Below, piece by piece: positions 48,246 to 57,602 of a stretch of DNA of 64,000 nt. The stretch's first letter is position 1. Each line of letters opens with the position of its first letter. The notes beneath the pieces were generated by a model, which saw only the letters and a program-made list of their open reading frames with translations, was not told the origin of the DNA and did no database searches. The position numbers and the translations under genes were made by a program. This DNA is from Candidatus Latescibacterota bacterium. Its GTDB lineage: Bacteria > Latescibacterota > UBA2968 > UBA8231. The stretch lies in NCBI GenBank assembly GCA_965200315.1, contig OZ241362.1, forward strand, positions 2,048,001 through 2,112,000. The letters run 5' to 3'.

Positions 48246-48400
48246 GGGATTTCCTTTCCAAAGGGTTGAGTGCCAAAGCCAAAAATAATCGTCAATATAC
48301 AGTGCCGCGTCCTCCTATGCTCGTTCTTCGTCGACAAATTTGACAGGGGATTGTAGGGCCAGTATAGTGTTTCAGCTCGGTTCACGACATTCCAAAGGAT

Positions 48401-49024
48401 ATGCTCATGCGCGTCATCGCCGTCGGCTGCGAATACTCGGGCGTCAGCACTCTCATCGATCAGGTTCATCAATGGGGGCTGAGTCGCGGAATTAGCCACC
48501 ATCTCGACGACCATTTTACCATACCCGACGCCTATCACCTCAGCGACGAAGAGCAGCTAGCCATGTTAGCCATGCTGCCAGCCATCAAGGAGCGCTTCCA
48601 GCGTTTCCAGGTCGTCTATCACGTGCGCTTGCTGCACCGCTACCGAGACATCTTGTTGGGCGGCTTCCACATCGAGGAAAAGGTGTACGGCCCCCAATAC
48701 TATTACCGAGGCATCGACATCGACATCCGCGAATACGAGCCAGACATGCCCGACGACACCCTGCTCGTCCACCTGTACGCCGCGCCCGAAACAATCCGTG
48801 CTCGCATGGCCGCAGCCCCACATCCGCATTCGTTGGTCCCCGACGCAGACGTTCCAGAAATTCTAGATCGCTTCGAGCAAGAGGTGCGGGCCTCTTGGAT
48901 CGGCCGCAAATTCGCCATTGACACGACCGATCTAACGCCGGCTCAACTCCTCGAAACCTTCCTCAACCGCTCCATCCCCCACCTCAGCCCTGAAGACGCC
49001 GCCACGCGGCTGTTGGCCGGCTAG
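48401..49024 (+). CDS. Hypothetical NMP-kinase-like P-loop protein
   Basis: GCEYSGVSTL, LVHLYA..IRARM, IDTT. Confidence 0.7.
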   Translation: MLMRVIAVGCEYSGVSTLIDQVHQWGLSRGISHHLDDHFTIPDAYHLSDEEQLAMLAMLPAIKERFQRFQVVYHVRLLHRYRDILLGGFHIEEKVYGPQYYYRGIDIDIREYEPDMPDDTLLVHLYAAPETIRARMAAAPHPHSLVPDADVPEILDRFEQEVRASWIGRKFAIDTTDLTPAQLLETFLNRSIPHLSPEDAATRLLAG

Positions 49025-49059
49025 CAACAACCACCAATCACAACACGTGGAGCACGGAA

Positions 49060-50343
49060 ATGGCAGATTCGCGAAGGGACTTTTTTAGAAAGGCGGGCAA
49101 CCTCACGCTCGGCGCGGCCGCGGTGTCCATCTGGGCCTCCGACAGCCGGCAAAAGGTCCACGCGGCCACTGAACGCCTCGGCCAAGCCTCGCCAGAGGCC
49201 AGTGCATTGGACGAACAATTCTGGTACAGCGTGCGCGGGGCGTTTAATTTGTCGCCCCAGTTTATCAACTTCGAGAACGGATACTTTAGTCCGCAGCCAG
49301 AAGCTGGGATCGACGAGGTGTGCAAAAACGCCCGCGCCATCAACGAGATTCCCTCGTTTTACATGCGGCGCAAACTGGTAGACGACACCCGCGAGATACA
49401 TCAATTGCTAGCGCACTTTGCCGGTTGCTCGGACGAAGAAATCCTCCTGACGCGCAACACGACTGAATCGCTCAACATCGTCATCATGGGGCTGAAGCTG
49501 CAACCCGGGGACGAGGCTTTGTGGGGAACCTACGAGTACGGCAGCATGAAGGTCGCGTTTGAGCAGCGCGCCGCCCGCGAAGGCATCGTCAACAAGGTGC
49601 TCGACCTGCCCATCACCTCCTTGGACAACGACGAGATCGTTGCGGCCTACAAAAAGGCCATTACGCCGCGCACCAAGGTAATTCTCGTCTCCCACATCGT
49701 CTATTTAACCGGCCAAGTGCTGCCCGTGCGCGCAATCTGCGACATGGCCCACGAGCAGGGAGTGGAAGTTATCGTCGATGGGGCCCACTCCTTTGCCCAC
49801 CTAGCCGACAAAATTCCCGACTTACACTGCGATTACTATGGAGCGAGTTTGCACAAGTGGATGTTGGCACCGCTGGGTACGGGCATCCTGTACATCAAAA
49901 AAGAGAACATCGAGAAAGTGTGGCCGCTGTTCGGCGACGGTGGGTACGCCTCGGACTCGATCCACAAGTTCGCCCACATCGGCACGTATCCAGCCTACTT
50001 GCAACTGGCCTTGGCCGAGGCCATTCGCTTTAACCAAACCATCGGCTTGGAGCGCAAAGAAGCGCGCTTGCGCTACATCAAAAACTACTGGGTCGATCGC
50101 CTGAGCGACGCGCCCAACATCGTCTTCTACACGCCCCGCGAGGCCCACCGCTCGTGTGCCATTTCCACTGTTGGCATCAAGGGGCAAGAGCCTGCGGACG
50201 TTACCAACGCCCTATACGACAAATACAAGATCTTCACCGTGCCGCCGGGTTATCCCGGGGCGGTGCGCATTTGTCCGAACATATACACAATACCCTACGA
50301 GTTGGATATGTTCGTCGCAGCCATGAAAGAGTTGGCCGCCTAG
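49060..50343 (+). CDS. Class V PLP-dependent enzyme with Tat signal
   Basis: SRRDFF, TRNTTESLN, VDGAHS, SLHKW. Confidence 0.9.
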   Translation: MADSRRDFFRKAGNLTLGAAAVSIWASDSRQKVHAATERLGQASPEASALDEQFWYSVRGAFNLSPQFINFENGYFSPQPEAGIDEVCKNARAINEIPSFYMRRKLVDDTREIHQLLAHFAGCSDEEILLTRNTTESLNIVIMGLKLQPGDEALWGTYEYGSMKVAFEQRAAREGIVNKVLDLPITSLDNDEIVAAYKKAITPRTKVILVSHIVYLTGQVLPVRAICDMAHEQGVEVIVDGAHSFAHLADKIPDLHCDYYGASLHKWMLAPLGTGILYIKKENIEKVWPLFGDGGYASDSIHKFAHIGTYPAYLQLALAEAIRFNQTIGLERKEARLRYIKNYWVDRLSDAPNIVFYTPREAHRSCAISTVGIKGQEPADVTNALYDKYKIFTVPPGYPGAVRICPNIYTIPYELDMFVAAMKELAA

Positions 50344-51764
50344 CTTAGCTCTGCCGTCCAATACGCCTGCGGGTCTCGCGCGCTATGGCCCACGCGCCGC
50401 ACCAAGCCCCGGGATGCCAACGCGTACAGATTCCTCAACACTACCGGACGCGAATAGCCAGTCAACGCCACCAACTCGCCGGTCCGCAACCGGCCAGCCA
50501 GCGCGATTTGTTCAAATAAATGACGTGCGGCTGCGGGCATTCCGCGCAGTTCATTCGGTTGAACTAGCGCACCGGACAGCGAGAGCTCAACGCCGCCCGC
50601 CATTTGCCTAACCATCGGCCGCTGCCGCCCGCTCGCTTCCATTATGGTTACCATGCGGCGCAACCCTTCCCCCAATTCCTGACCATACGACAAGTCGGTC
50701 ATCACTCGCGCAATGCGAGGATTGCGAGCAAACCTCCGCACCCCCAATAGGTCGTCCAAGGCCGTTATGCCGGGGAATCGGCCTGGACTCGACACCTCGA
50801 TCCTATTGTCGAACACGGCTAACCGGATGTGGTCGCCGAAGTTGCTGTACGCACGATGGATGACGGCGTTTACTAGTGCTTCCAGCCAAACCTCTTCTGG
50901 CACGATGCCAAACCAGCCAAAACGTCCATCCGGCCCCAAAGACTTACGCTTGGGCACGGCCTCGCGCATGGCCTGACGTGCCGCGTCGATCTGCTGCGGC
51001 AGCCGTCCCATGCAGCGAATGTCGCTGACCAGATTCTGCTCACTACCCGTGCGCCGCTCGCACCCGGCGTATTTCAGCACCCTGACAAAGGCTTGGGGAA
51101 ACGCCCTTTGTGGCTCGGCTGCAAACAGCAATGCACCCGCCGCGCGCGTTTTCCCATCCGGCCCGACCAAATCTCGCGCTTGCAACAGCCGCTGCGGGTC
51201 TAGATGCCCCACCCGTTCGGCGTAGGTGGCTACGCTATCTGCATCGAGTGGACAAGGCCCGTACGTGCTTGCGGGCGTGATTTCAAAACTAGTATCCCCG
51301 CGATCGTATTGAAATTCAATGCGCTGCTCAAAGGACAACCGGCGGTTTTCATCGCCGATGCGCAGGAAAACCTCGTCGCGGGTCGTGCTATGCACCCGAC
51401 TGCTCGGCGGTATGGATAGCAACAGCGCGTGGTCAGCCGCGCCCCAAGCATTGATGCACTGCAACAAGATCGGCTCAAAGCGCACCGGCGGCAGGGTCAA
51501 ATTAATCCCGGCCTGCCGCCACTCATTCTGCGCCTGCGGGCGGTCATCAATCCCCTCACAACTGCCAGCGCGAAAGCCGACGGCAATGACCCCACCCTCG
51601 GCATTCGCCATTGCTACCAATGTTTCGGCCAAACTACGGGCTGAAACACGCGCACTTTTGCGGTCAAACCATTGCCCTTCCGGCTCGGCTAGCAGAAGCT
51701 CAGTTACTGCATCCGGCGACATGGCGAATAGATTCTCAATCGGCGGCAACATACTTGGTCGCAT
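50340..51764 (-). CDS. AlbA_2 (Schlafen-like) + ATP-binding + HTH protein
   Basis: EGQWFDRKS, AMANAEGG, EALVNAVIHRAY, SPG, RNPRIA, GEG, C-terminal HTH. Confidence 0.88.
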   Translation of the reverse strand: MRPSMLPPIENLFAMSPDAVTELLLAEPEGQWFDRKSARVSARSLAETLVAMANAEGGVIAVGFRAGSCEGIDDRPQAQNEWRQAGINLTLPPVRFEPILLQCINAWGAADHALLLSIPPSSRVHSTTRDEVFLRIGDENRRLSFEQRIEFQYDRGDTSFEITPASTYGPCPLDADSVATYAERVGHLDPQRLLQARDLVGPDGKTRAAGALLFAAEPQRAFPQAFVRVLKYAGCERRTGSEQNLVSDIRCMGRLPQQIDAARQAMREAVPKRKSLGPDGRFGWFGIVPEEVWLEALVNAVIHRAYSNFGDHIRLAVFDNRIEVSSPGRFPGITALDDLLGVRRFARNPRIARVMTDLSYGQELGEGLRRMVTIMEASGRQRPMVRQMAGGVELSLSGALVQPNELRGMPAAARHLFEQIALAGRLRTGELVALTGYSRPVVLRNLYALASRGLVRRVGHSARDPQAYWTAELS

Positions 51765-51835
51765 GAATAAGGAAGGTCGTAAGTTTGCGCTGAGGACGCC
51801 CCAAGCGCGGCATCCCGGTCCAAAAACGAGTCCAC

Positions 51836-51945
51836 ATAAGCAATCCTACATCATTATTGTATAAAATGATCCGCATAAGGACGCAGCATAGGAGAAACAA
51901 GACGAGCCGCATCTCGAATCATTCAAGTCATCCAAGATTGCTATA
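51836..51945. mobile_element. Short MITE-like copy (same family as 8948-9267)
   Basis: agcaatcctacatca ... gattgctata; 67 bp with 9 mismatches to 8948-9014. Confidence 0.6.
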
Positions 51946-52006
51946 GCTTTGCTGTAGTACTATGTCATACTATAAATAATTTATAGTAATAGCTTAGTAA
52001 TAGCTC

Positions 52007-53194
52007 TTATTTTTTTTCTTTTCCCGCTTCCAACCCCCGGGCGATGTCCAAATTTTCGCGGAATCCCTGGTCGTCTGGGGCCAAGCGCACCGCGCTGGCA
52101 AACGCGGCGGCCGCCGCCGCAAAGTCCCGGCTCATCAGGTGCAGGTTGCCGAGGCTATTGTACGCGTTGGCATGAGTCGAATCCGCGGCGAGTGCTTGGG
52201 CAAAAAGCTGTTGGGCCGCATCGAATCGCTCCTCGCGCAAATAGATGTTGCCCAAGTTCACATAGGCCGCGGCAAAAGTCGAGTCGAGCGCAAGGGCGCG
52301 GCGGTAGCGTGCCGCGGCCGCGGCGAATTGGCGGCGCTGGCCGTAGAGCACACCCAAATCGTAGTGGCGGCGCGCATCCTCGGCCTCGCTCAAGAGCGTA
52401 AACTCCAAGCTCTTGATCATCTTTTCCTCTTCTTCGAGGTGCGCAAATCGCTCCAACACCTCGCGGCCTTTTTCCCGCTCGCCCAAGCGCATATAAACCT
52501 GTCCTAAATCGTAGTGCGGACGCGCCCAGAACGGGCGCAGCGCAACGGCCCGCAGCAACAGATCCTCGGCCTCTTCGTAGCGCTGCTCCTCCACATACAA
52601 AGCACCCAAGCCCGCGTACGCGCCCGCTTGGGTCGTGTCCGCGCGAATCGCTTGGACAAACGCCGTTTTCGCCGCTTCGCGCTCGCCGCGCTTGACTTCG
52701 ACTCGGCCGAGATGATACCAAAGCTCATAGTGCGTCGAATCGACCTGCAAGGCGCGCTCGTACAGGGCAGCGGCCTCTTGGTATGCGCCCTGCCGGATGT
52801 GCAGCAGGCCCAAGGCATTGTACGCGGAAAGGTGTCCGGGGTCGCTTGCCAATGCCTCGCGGAGCGGCGCGTAGGCCGCCTCGTATTTTTTCTGCCGAAT
52901 GTACACGGCACCGAGCTGGTAATAAGCGTCCGCGTAGTCGGGCTTGAGTGCTATGGCTTTTTGGTACGCGGCCTCGGCTTGATCGAGGGCATCGGTCAAA
53001 AAATAGGCGTTGGCCAGATTGTAGTGGACTTGGGGCGCGTCGGGCATCTGCTCGGCTGCTTGCCTGTACGCGGCAATGGCTGCGTGGAAACGCCCGCCTT
53101 GGGCGTGTTCAAGCCCCTGCTCGAAATGCGTACGCCCGGGCTCCGGCTCTTGGCAGCCGATGAGCAGCAGCACCAAGCACGAAGCCCTAATCAT
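52007..53194 (-). CDS. TPR lipoprotein
   Basis: LIGC lipobox, TPR repeats; similar architecture to 43719..44957. Confidence 0.88.
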   Translation of the reverse strand: MIRASCLVLLLIGCQEPEPGRTHFEQGLEHAQGGRFHAAIAAYRQAAEQMPDAPQVHYNLANAYFLTDALDQAEAAYQKAIALKPDYADAYYQLGAVYIRQKKYEAAYAPLREALASDPGHLSAYNALGLLHIRQGAYQEAAALYERALQVDSTHYELWYHLGRVEVKRGEREAAKTAFVQAIRADTTQAGAYAGLGALYVEEQRYEEAEDLLLRAVALRPFWARPHYDLGQVYMRLGEREKGREVLERFAHLEEEEKMIKSLEFTLLSEAEDARRHYDLGVLYGQRRQFAAAAARYRRALALDSTFAAAYVNLGNIYLREERFDAAQQLFAQALAADSTHANAYNSLGNLHLMSRDFAAAAAAFASAVRLAPDDQGFRENLDIARGLEAGKEKK

Positions 53195-54777
53195 CGCGGC
53201 TCCTCCGCGATCAACACTTGTCCGGCCAGCACTCCCTCAAACCGCTGCACCTTGCCGCTGGGCCAGCGAATCTCCACTTCGTCGGCCCGCGTGTTAGTGC
53301 CGAGGCCGAAAAAGACGCACGGATCGTGGCTCGACAGATAACTGCCGCCGCGGCGAACCTCCCGCATTTGCACTCGAGGCCCGGTGCGCACGCGGATGCG
53401 AGAGCCGACGCCATCGCGGTTGCTCTCCACGCCGACCGTGCGGACGGCCAAATAGTTGCGCTCGCCGCCCATGTCGTTGCGCAGAAGCGAGGAACGCGCA
53501 TTGATGTGGGATACCGCAATATCGAGGTCGCCGTCGTTGTCGCAATCGCCCAAGGCCGCCCCTCGGCTCGACCGCAGAGCACCAAGCCCGGCCGCGGCAC
53601 TGACCTCGGCAAATCCAGCAGCGCCGTCGTTTCTGAACAACTGATTGGGCTGTGCGTACGTGGTCTCGGCGAAAAGTTCCACATTGTCGTCGATGTGGCC
53701 ATTGGCCACGAAGAGATCTTCGTCGCCGTCGAGATCCCAGTCGAAGAAAGCCGTGCCCCAAGCTAGGTACGCCAGTGAAGGCTTGCCCAATTTGGCGTCT
53801 GTCGTCCGGTCGCGGAAAAACCCCTCGCCCTCGTTGTGGTATAAGGTATTGGTCTCCAAGTAGAAATTAGTCACAAAAAAATCAAAGGCCCCGTTGTTGT
53901 CGTAATCGCCCGCGGCCACCCCCATCCCGGCTTCGGATTGGCCCTGCCTGTTGTGGGAAACCCCGGCGATCAAACCCATTTCCGCGAAGTGCCCACCCTC
54001 GTTTTGGTAGAGCAAATTGGGCGTACCGTCGCCGGCGGCGAATAGGTCTAAGTCGCCATCGAGATCCCAATCGGCAAAGACCGCGCCCAGCTCCCGCGCT
54101 TGCCCCGGCGCAAGACCTACTTCTGCGCCGATCTCGGCGAAGCGGCCGCCGTCGTTGCGGTAGAAAGCATCCCCTTCGGGCGCATAGGTCCACGGCGCGC
54201 AATAGACGCGGACGCTATCCTGGCGAAAACAGGCGCGGTGCGGGTCGGCGCGAAAGTCCAGATAGTTGGCCACATATAGGTCTAGGTCGCCATCGAGATC
54301 CCAATCGCCGAAAGCTGCGCCGGTGCCGAAGCCCTCGTCGCCCACGCCGGCTGTGGCCGTAGCATCGGCAAAGCGACCGTCACCTCGGTTGCGATAGAGG
54401 ATGTTCGCGCCGTAGCAGGTGATGTACAGATCTGCATCGCCATCGTTGTCGTAGTCCGCGGCCACCACGCCCATGCCGCACCCGGAATTCCCCACGCCGG
54501 CCGCTTGCGTCTGATCGGCAAAACGACCGTTGCCCTCGTTTTGGCATAACGCAGCCGGGCCCGCGACATTGACCCAATACAGGTCGAGCCAGCCGTCGTC
54601 GTCATAGTCAAAAAAGGCCACGCCCGACCCCATAGTCTCGGGCAATTGCTTCTGGCCCTCAGCCCCATTGCGGTGTTTGAATTCAATGCCAGCCGCCGCG
54701 GCCACATCCACGTACCGAGGTTGGGCGGGCGCGTCCCCCGTCCACAGGATAATCAGCGGCGCAAAAACCCAGCTCAT
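53191..54777 (-). CDS. CRTAC1 family protein (FG-GAP + ASPIC/UnbV)
   Basis: DYDDDGWLDL repeats, SNRDGVG..GSYLS..FGLG..WPSG. Confidence 0.9.
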   Translation of the reverse strand: MSWVFAPLIILWTGDAPAQPRYVDVAAAAGIEFKHRNGAEGQKQLPETMGSGVAFFDYDDDGWLDLYWVNVAGPAALCQNEGNGRFADQTQAAGVGNSGCGMGVVAADYDNDGDADLYITCYGANILYRNRGDGRFADATATAGVGDEGFGTGAAFGDWDLDGDLDLYVANYLDFRADPHRACFRQDSVRVYCAPWTYAPEGDAFYRNDGGRFAEIGAEVGLAPGQARELGAVFADWDLDGDLDLFAAGDGTPNLLYQNEGGHFAEMGLIAGVSHNRQGQSEAGMGVAAGDYDNNGAFDFFVTNFYLETNTLYHNEGEGFFRDRTTDAKLGKPSLAYLAWGTAFFDWDLDGDEDLFVANGHIDDNVELFAETTYAQPNQLFRNDGAAGFAEVSAAAGLGALRSSRGAALGDCDNDGDLDIAVSHINARSSLLRNDMGGERNYLAVRTVGVESNRDGVGSRIRVRTGPRVQMREVRRGGSYLSSHDPCVFFGLGTNTRADEVEIRWPSGKVQRFEGVLAGQVLIAEEPR

Positions 54778-55655
54778 CGGTCCATTATGTCCGTCCATGT
54801 CGTTGGGGCCGGCGCGGCTGTTGGCGGGGATTGATTGACCAACGGATGGTAGTAAATGTCCGGTAGGTTGACCATCGGCCCGGGCAGCGACAAGCTCCCT
54901 TCCGTCCCGTGGATGTCGATTCGATAGGGATTCTCCTTGCCGTCGCCTCGGTAGGACTCAAAGTCAGCGGCCACGCCGCCGGGGAACTCGTAGTACGCCT
55001 TGATTCCATCTCCGGCGACCAACCCCATCCCCTCAACGCCTTCCTGTAGATTCGCCGGCGTCGCGCTGCGCCCGCCCTGCGTCAGATGCGCGTGGCACCA
55101 CAGCGGCGCACCAAACAACTGCCAAAGCAAGTCAAAGAAATGCGGATACAAGTCCAAAAACAGTTGATCGCCGCCATGCACACCGCCCATCCCATAAACC
55201 CGGCATAGCCGCGGCTGACCAATTTTCCCCGCCGGAATCGCCGGAATCGCCACCTGCTGGATCGGCGGATGCCCCCGCCACGGATGCGCCACCACCACCG
55301 TCACTCCGGCCCTATCGCGCGCTGCGATCATCTGGTCAACTTGGGCGACCGAAGCGGCCACTGGCTTTTCGAGGTACAGATGCACCCCGCGCTCCACGCA
55401 ATTGAGCACCAACGCCAAGTGATCGCCGATTTCCCGCGAGGCCACCACCGCGATATCCGGCTGCTGCTCCTCTAACATCTGCGCGTAATCGGCGTATCCC
55501 TTGGGTGCTCCGGTCTTGGCGACAGCGGCTTGGCGTCCCGCCTCGTCCGGGTCGGCCAGTGCTACAATCTCCGCGCCTTCCACTCCGACAAACGCCATGT
55601 CGAGATAGTGGCCGTAGTTGCCGCGGCCCGTGTGGCCAATTATTCCAACTTTCAC
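54774..55655 (-). CDS. Gfo/Idh/MocA oxidoreductase, C-terminally truncated
   Basis: VGIIGHTGRGNYGH, LEKP; final helix region appears missing. Confidence 0.7.
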   Translation of the reverse strand: MKVGIIGHTGRGNYGHYLDMAFVGVEGAEIVALADPDEAGRQAAVAKTGAPKGYADYAQMLEEQQPDIAVVASREIGDHLALVLNCVERGVHLYLEKPVAASVAQVDQMIAARDRAGVTVVVAHPWRGHPPIQQVAIPAIPAGKIGQPRLCRVYGMGGVHGGDQLFLDLYPHFFDLLWQLFGAPLWCHAHLTQGGRSATPANLQEGVEGMGLVAGDGIKAYYEFPGGVAADFESYRGDGKENPYRIDIHGTEGSLSLPGPMVNLPDIYYHPLVNQSPPTAAPAPTTWTDIMDR

Positions 55656-55673
55656 TCGCTACCTCCTCTTTGC

Positions 55674-56684
55674 TCAGCTATTGGACAATTCCACCGCCCG
55701 TCCCGTCTCCATAGACTCCTTCACCGCGTCTAATACCCGCATCTGCGCGACGCTGTGCTCCGGCGTGATCCGATGCTCCCGCCCCTCGGCCAAGCACTCG
55801 CACAGGTGCTGCAACTGCAAGGCAAACTGAAAGCACGGCGGAAATTCGACGACCTCCACTCCGCTCGGCGTGCGATGCTCTATGGTGACGGCGCGATTCT
55901 CGTTGTTCCACACCTGATCTAGCCGTAGCATCCCGCGGTGCCCGGAAATTTCCGCGTACTGCGAGCTGAACGTATTAAAACCCACGGAAATCTGCGCGGT
56001 GCGGCCCCCGGAAAAGACGAGCACAATCGACGCGGCATCGTCGGTTTCCAAGCCTAGCTGCTGCGCGGCAAACACCCGCTTTGGCTCCTCGCCAAATATG
56101 AACCGCGCGTGGTGAATGTTGTAACAGGCCAAGTCGTAGATACTGCCGCCGCCTTTGGCCTTGTTGAAGCGCCAATTCGACTCGGGCCTGCGCTCTGTGA
56201 GGGCGCCTCCTGAACTGGTGCAAAACGTGCTCCGCACGCCGACCAAGTCGCCGATCTCACCGGCGTCGAGCATGGCCTTGGCCCGCAAGTGCATGGGGTG
56301 ATGGCGAAACTTAAACGCCTCGGCCACGAGGACGCGGTTTCTCCTGCCGGCTGCGGCAAAAGCCGCTGCTTCGACCGCGTTTTGGGTGAAGGGCTTTTCG
56401 CAGAGCACGGCTTGTACCCGCCCCGAATCGCAGATTTGAATCCCGGTCTCGGCGTGAAAAGCACCCCAAGTGCAGATGATGGCAATGTCTAGCTCGGCGT
56501 CGTGGAGCATGGCGTCGAGTTCGGTATAACGCGCTGCAACGCCGAACTCCTCGCCGTAGCGCGCTAGCTGTTCTGCGGATACGTCGCAGATGGCGACGAG
56601 TTCGGCTTCGGCAATCTGCTGGCAGGCCGTGCCGTGAGCGCGGGCGATACCACCCGTGCCCACGAGGCCAACGCGATAGGGCAC
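55674..56684 (-). CDS. Gfo/Idh/MocA oxidoreductase
   Basis: GLVGTGGIA, CEKP, GGGSIYDLACY. Confidence 0.92.
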   Translation of the reverse strand: MPYRVGLVGTGGIARAHGTACQQIAEAELVAICDVSAEQLARYGEEFGVAARYTELDAMLHDAELDIAIICTWGAFHAETGIQICDSGRVQAVLCEKPFTQNAVEAAAFAAAGRRNRVLVAEAFKFRHHPMHLRAKAMLDAGEIGDLVGVRSTFCTSSGGALTERRPESNWRFNKAKGGGSIYDLACYNIHHARFIFGEEPKRVFAAQQLGLETDDAASIVLVFSGGRTAQISVGFNTFSSQYAEISGHRGMLRLDQVWNNENRAVTIEHRTPSGVEVVEFPPCFQFALQLQHLCECLAEGREHRITPEHSVAQMRVLDAVKESMETGRAVELSNS

Positions 56685-56703
56685 GGCATCTTCCTTGCGA
56701 TGG

Positions 56704-57171
56704 TTATATCTGTGGGCTTAGATCTTTGGGTTCAAAAAGTTGCGGCTGCAAGTAGATGGGTGCGCCGAGGCGCGTCACCAGCACCATGCCGTCGCTGGGC
56801 CGGCAATCAAGAACCCACTCGCCAGCCTCGGTTTCAATGTACAAGTTGGCGTGGAAGGTGTCGTCCTTGATGCTGTGGACGACGAGGTGCCGCACCTCGC
56901 CTTGCAGCTTCTCCAGCATCGCTTCCAACAGATCGTACGCCAGCGGGCGCGGGAAGTCCTCGTCTTGCATGGCCCTGACTAACGCCCGTGCCTCGCAGTG
57001 ACCGATGATGATGGGCAACGGCGGCACGTCGTCCCCTTTGAGCACGACAGCCACCCCATCTTCGCCGAAGTCGCGCACATTGACAATGCGGGCGGGAATG
57101 AGGCCAACCGGGGGTTCTCGACCACAGGCTACCAGCGCAAGGGCCGCCAATACCACGAGGAGCTGTTTCAT
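56704..57171 (-). CDS. Bifunctional nuclease (DUF151) family protein with lipoprotein signal
   Basis: LPIIIGHCEA, RPLAYDL, DCRPSDG; N-terminal LALVAC. Confidence 0.82.
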   Translation of the reverse strand: MKQLLVVLAALALVACGREPPVGLIPARIVNVRDFGEDGVAVVLKGDDVPPLPIIIGHCEARALVRAMQDEDFPRPLAYDLLEAMLEKLQGEVRHLVVHSIKDDTFHANLYIETEAGEWVLDCRPSDGMVLVTRLGAPIYLQPQLFEPKDLSPQI

Positions 57172-57371
57172 AATATATTGCTCCTTTTCGGTTTGAGTCT
57201 TTTGCACACGGCCAATTATAGGGGCTGGGGTCGCGGCCTGCAAAAGTGGCTGAGCGCCGTCCGGCAGTCCCTCGGCGGTGATGGTTGGTTGACCGGGGCC
57301 AGATAGTGTTGGGTCTCCAAGCAAACCGGCGAATTTGTCCCAGCATTCCTCAACACTCCGTCTAAGCGAAT

Positions 57372-57399
57372 GTACGCTCCGCGCAGTCGCGTACCCTAC
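57372..57399 (-). repeat. GTAG-type REP
   Basis: gtagggtacgc...gcgtac on the minus strand. Confidence 0.5.
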
Positions 57400-57486
57400 C
57401 ATCAGGCGGCAGCGGCACAAAAAATGAAACCGCAAGGGAATGAATAGAATCAAGCGATGGTCTAACGTGATGATGTAGCTAAACAG

Positions 57487-57534
57487 AACTGACCAGTCAG
57501 TTTTATTGACAAAGATCGAAGCCTCATTTATACT
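57487..57534 (+). promoter_or_regulatory. Sigma70 promoter with adjacent TetR-type operator
   Basis: TTGACA 57506-57511, 17-bp spacer, TATACT 57529-57534; palindrome aactgac-ca-gtcagtt 57487-57502. Confidence 0.75.
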
Positions 57535-57602
57535 TCTTGGCGACACACGCCAAGAGAAAGGAACCCCGTGAACAAAACACACACAACCAAGACCTGCTCC
57601 AG

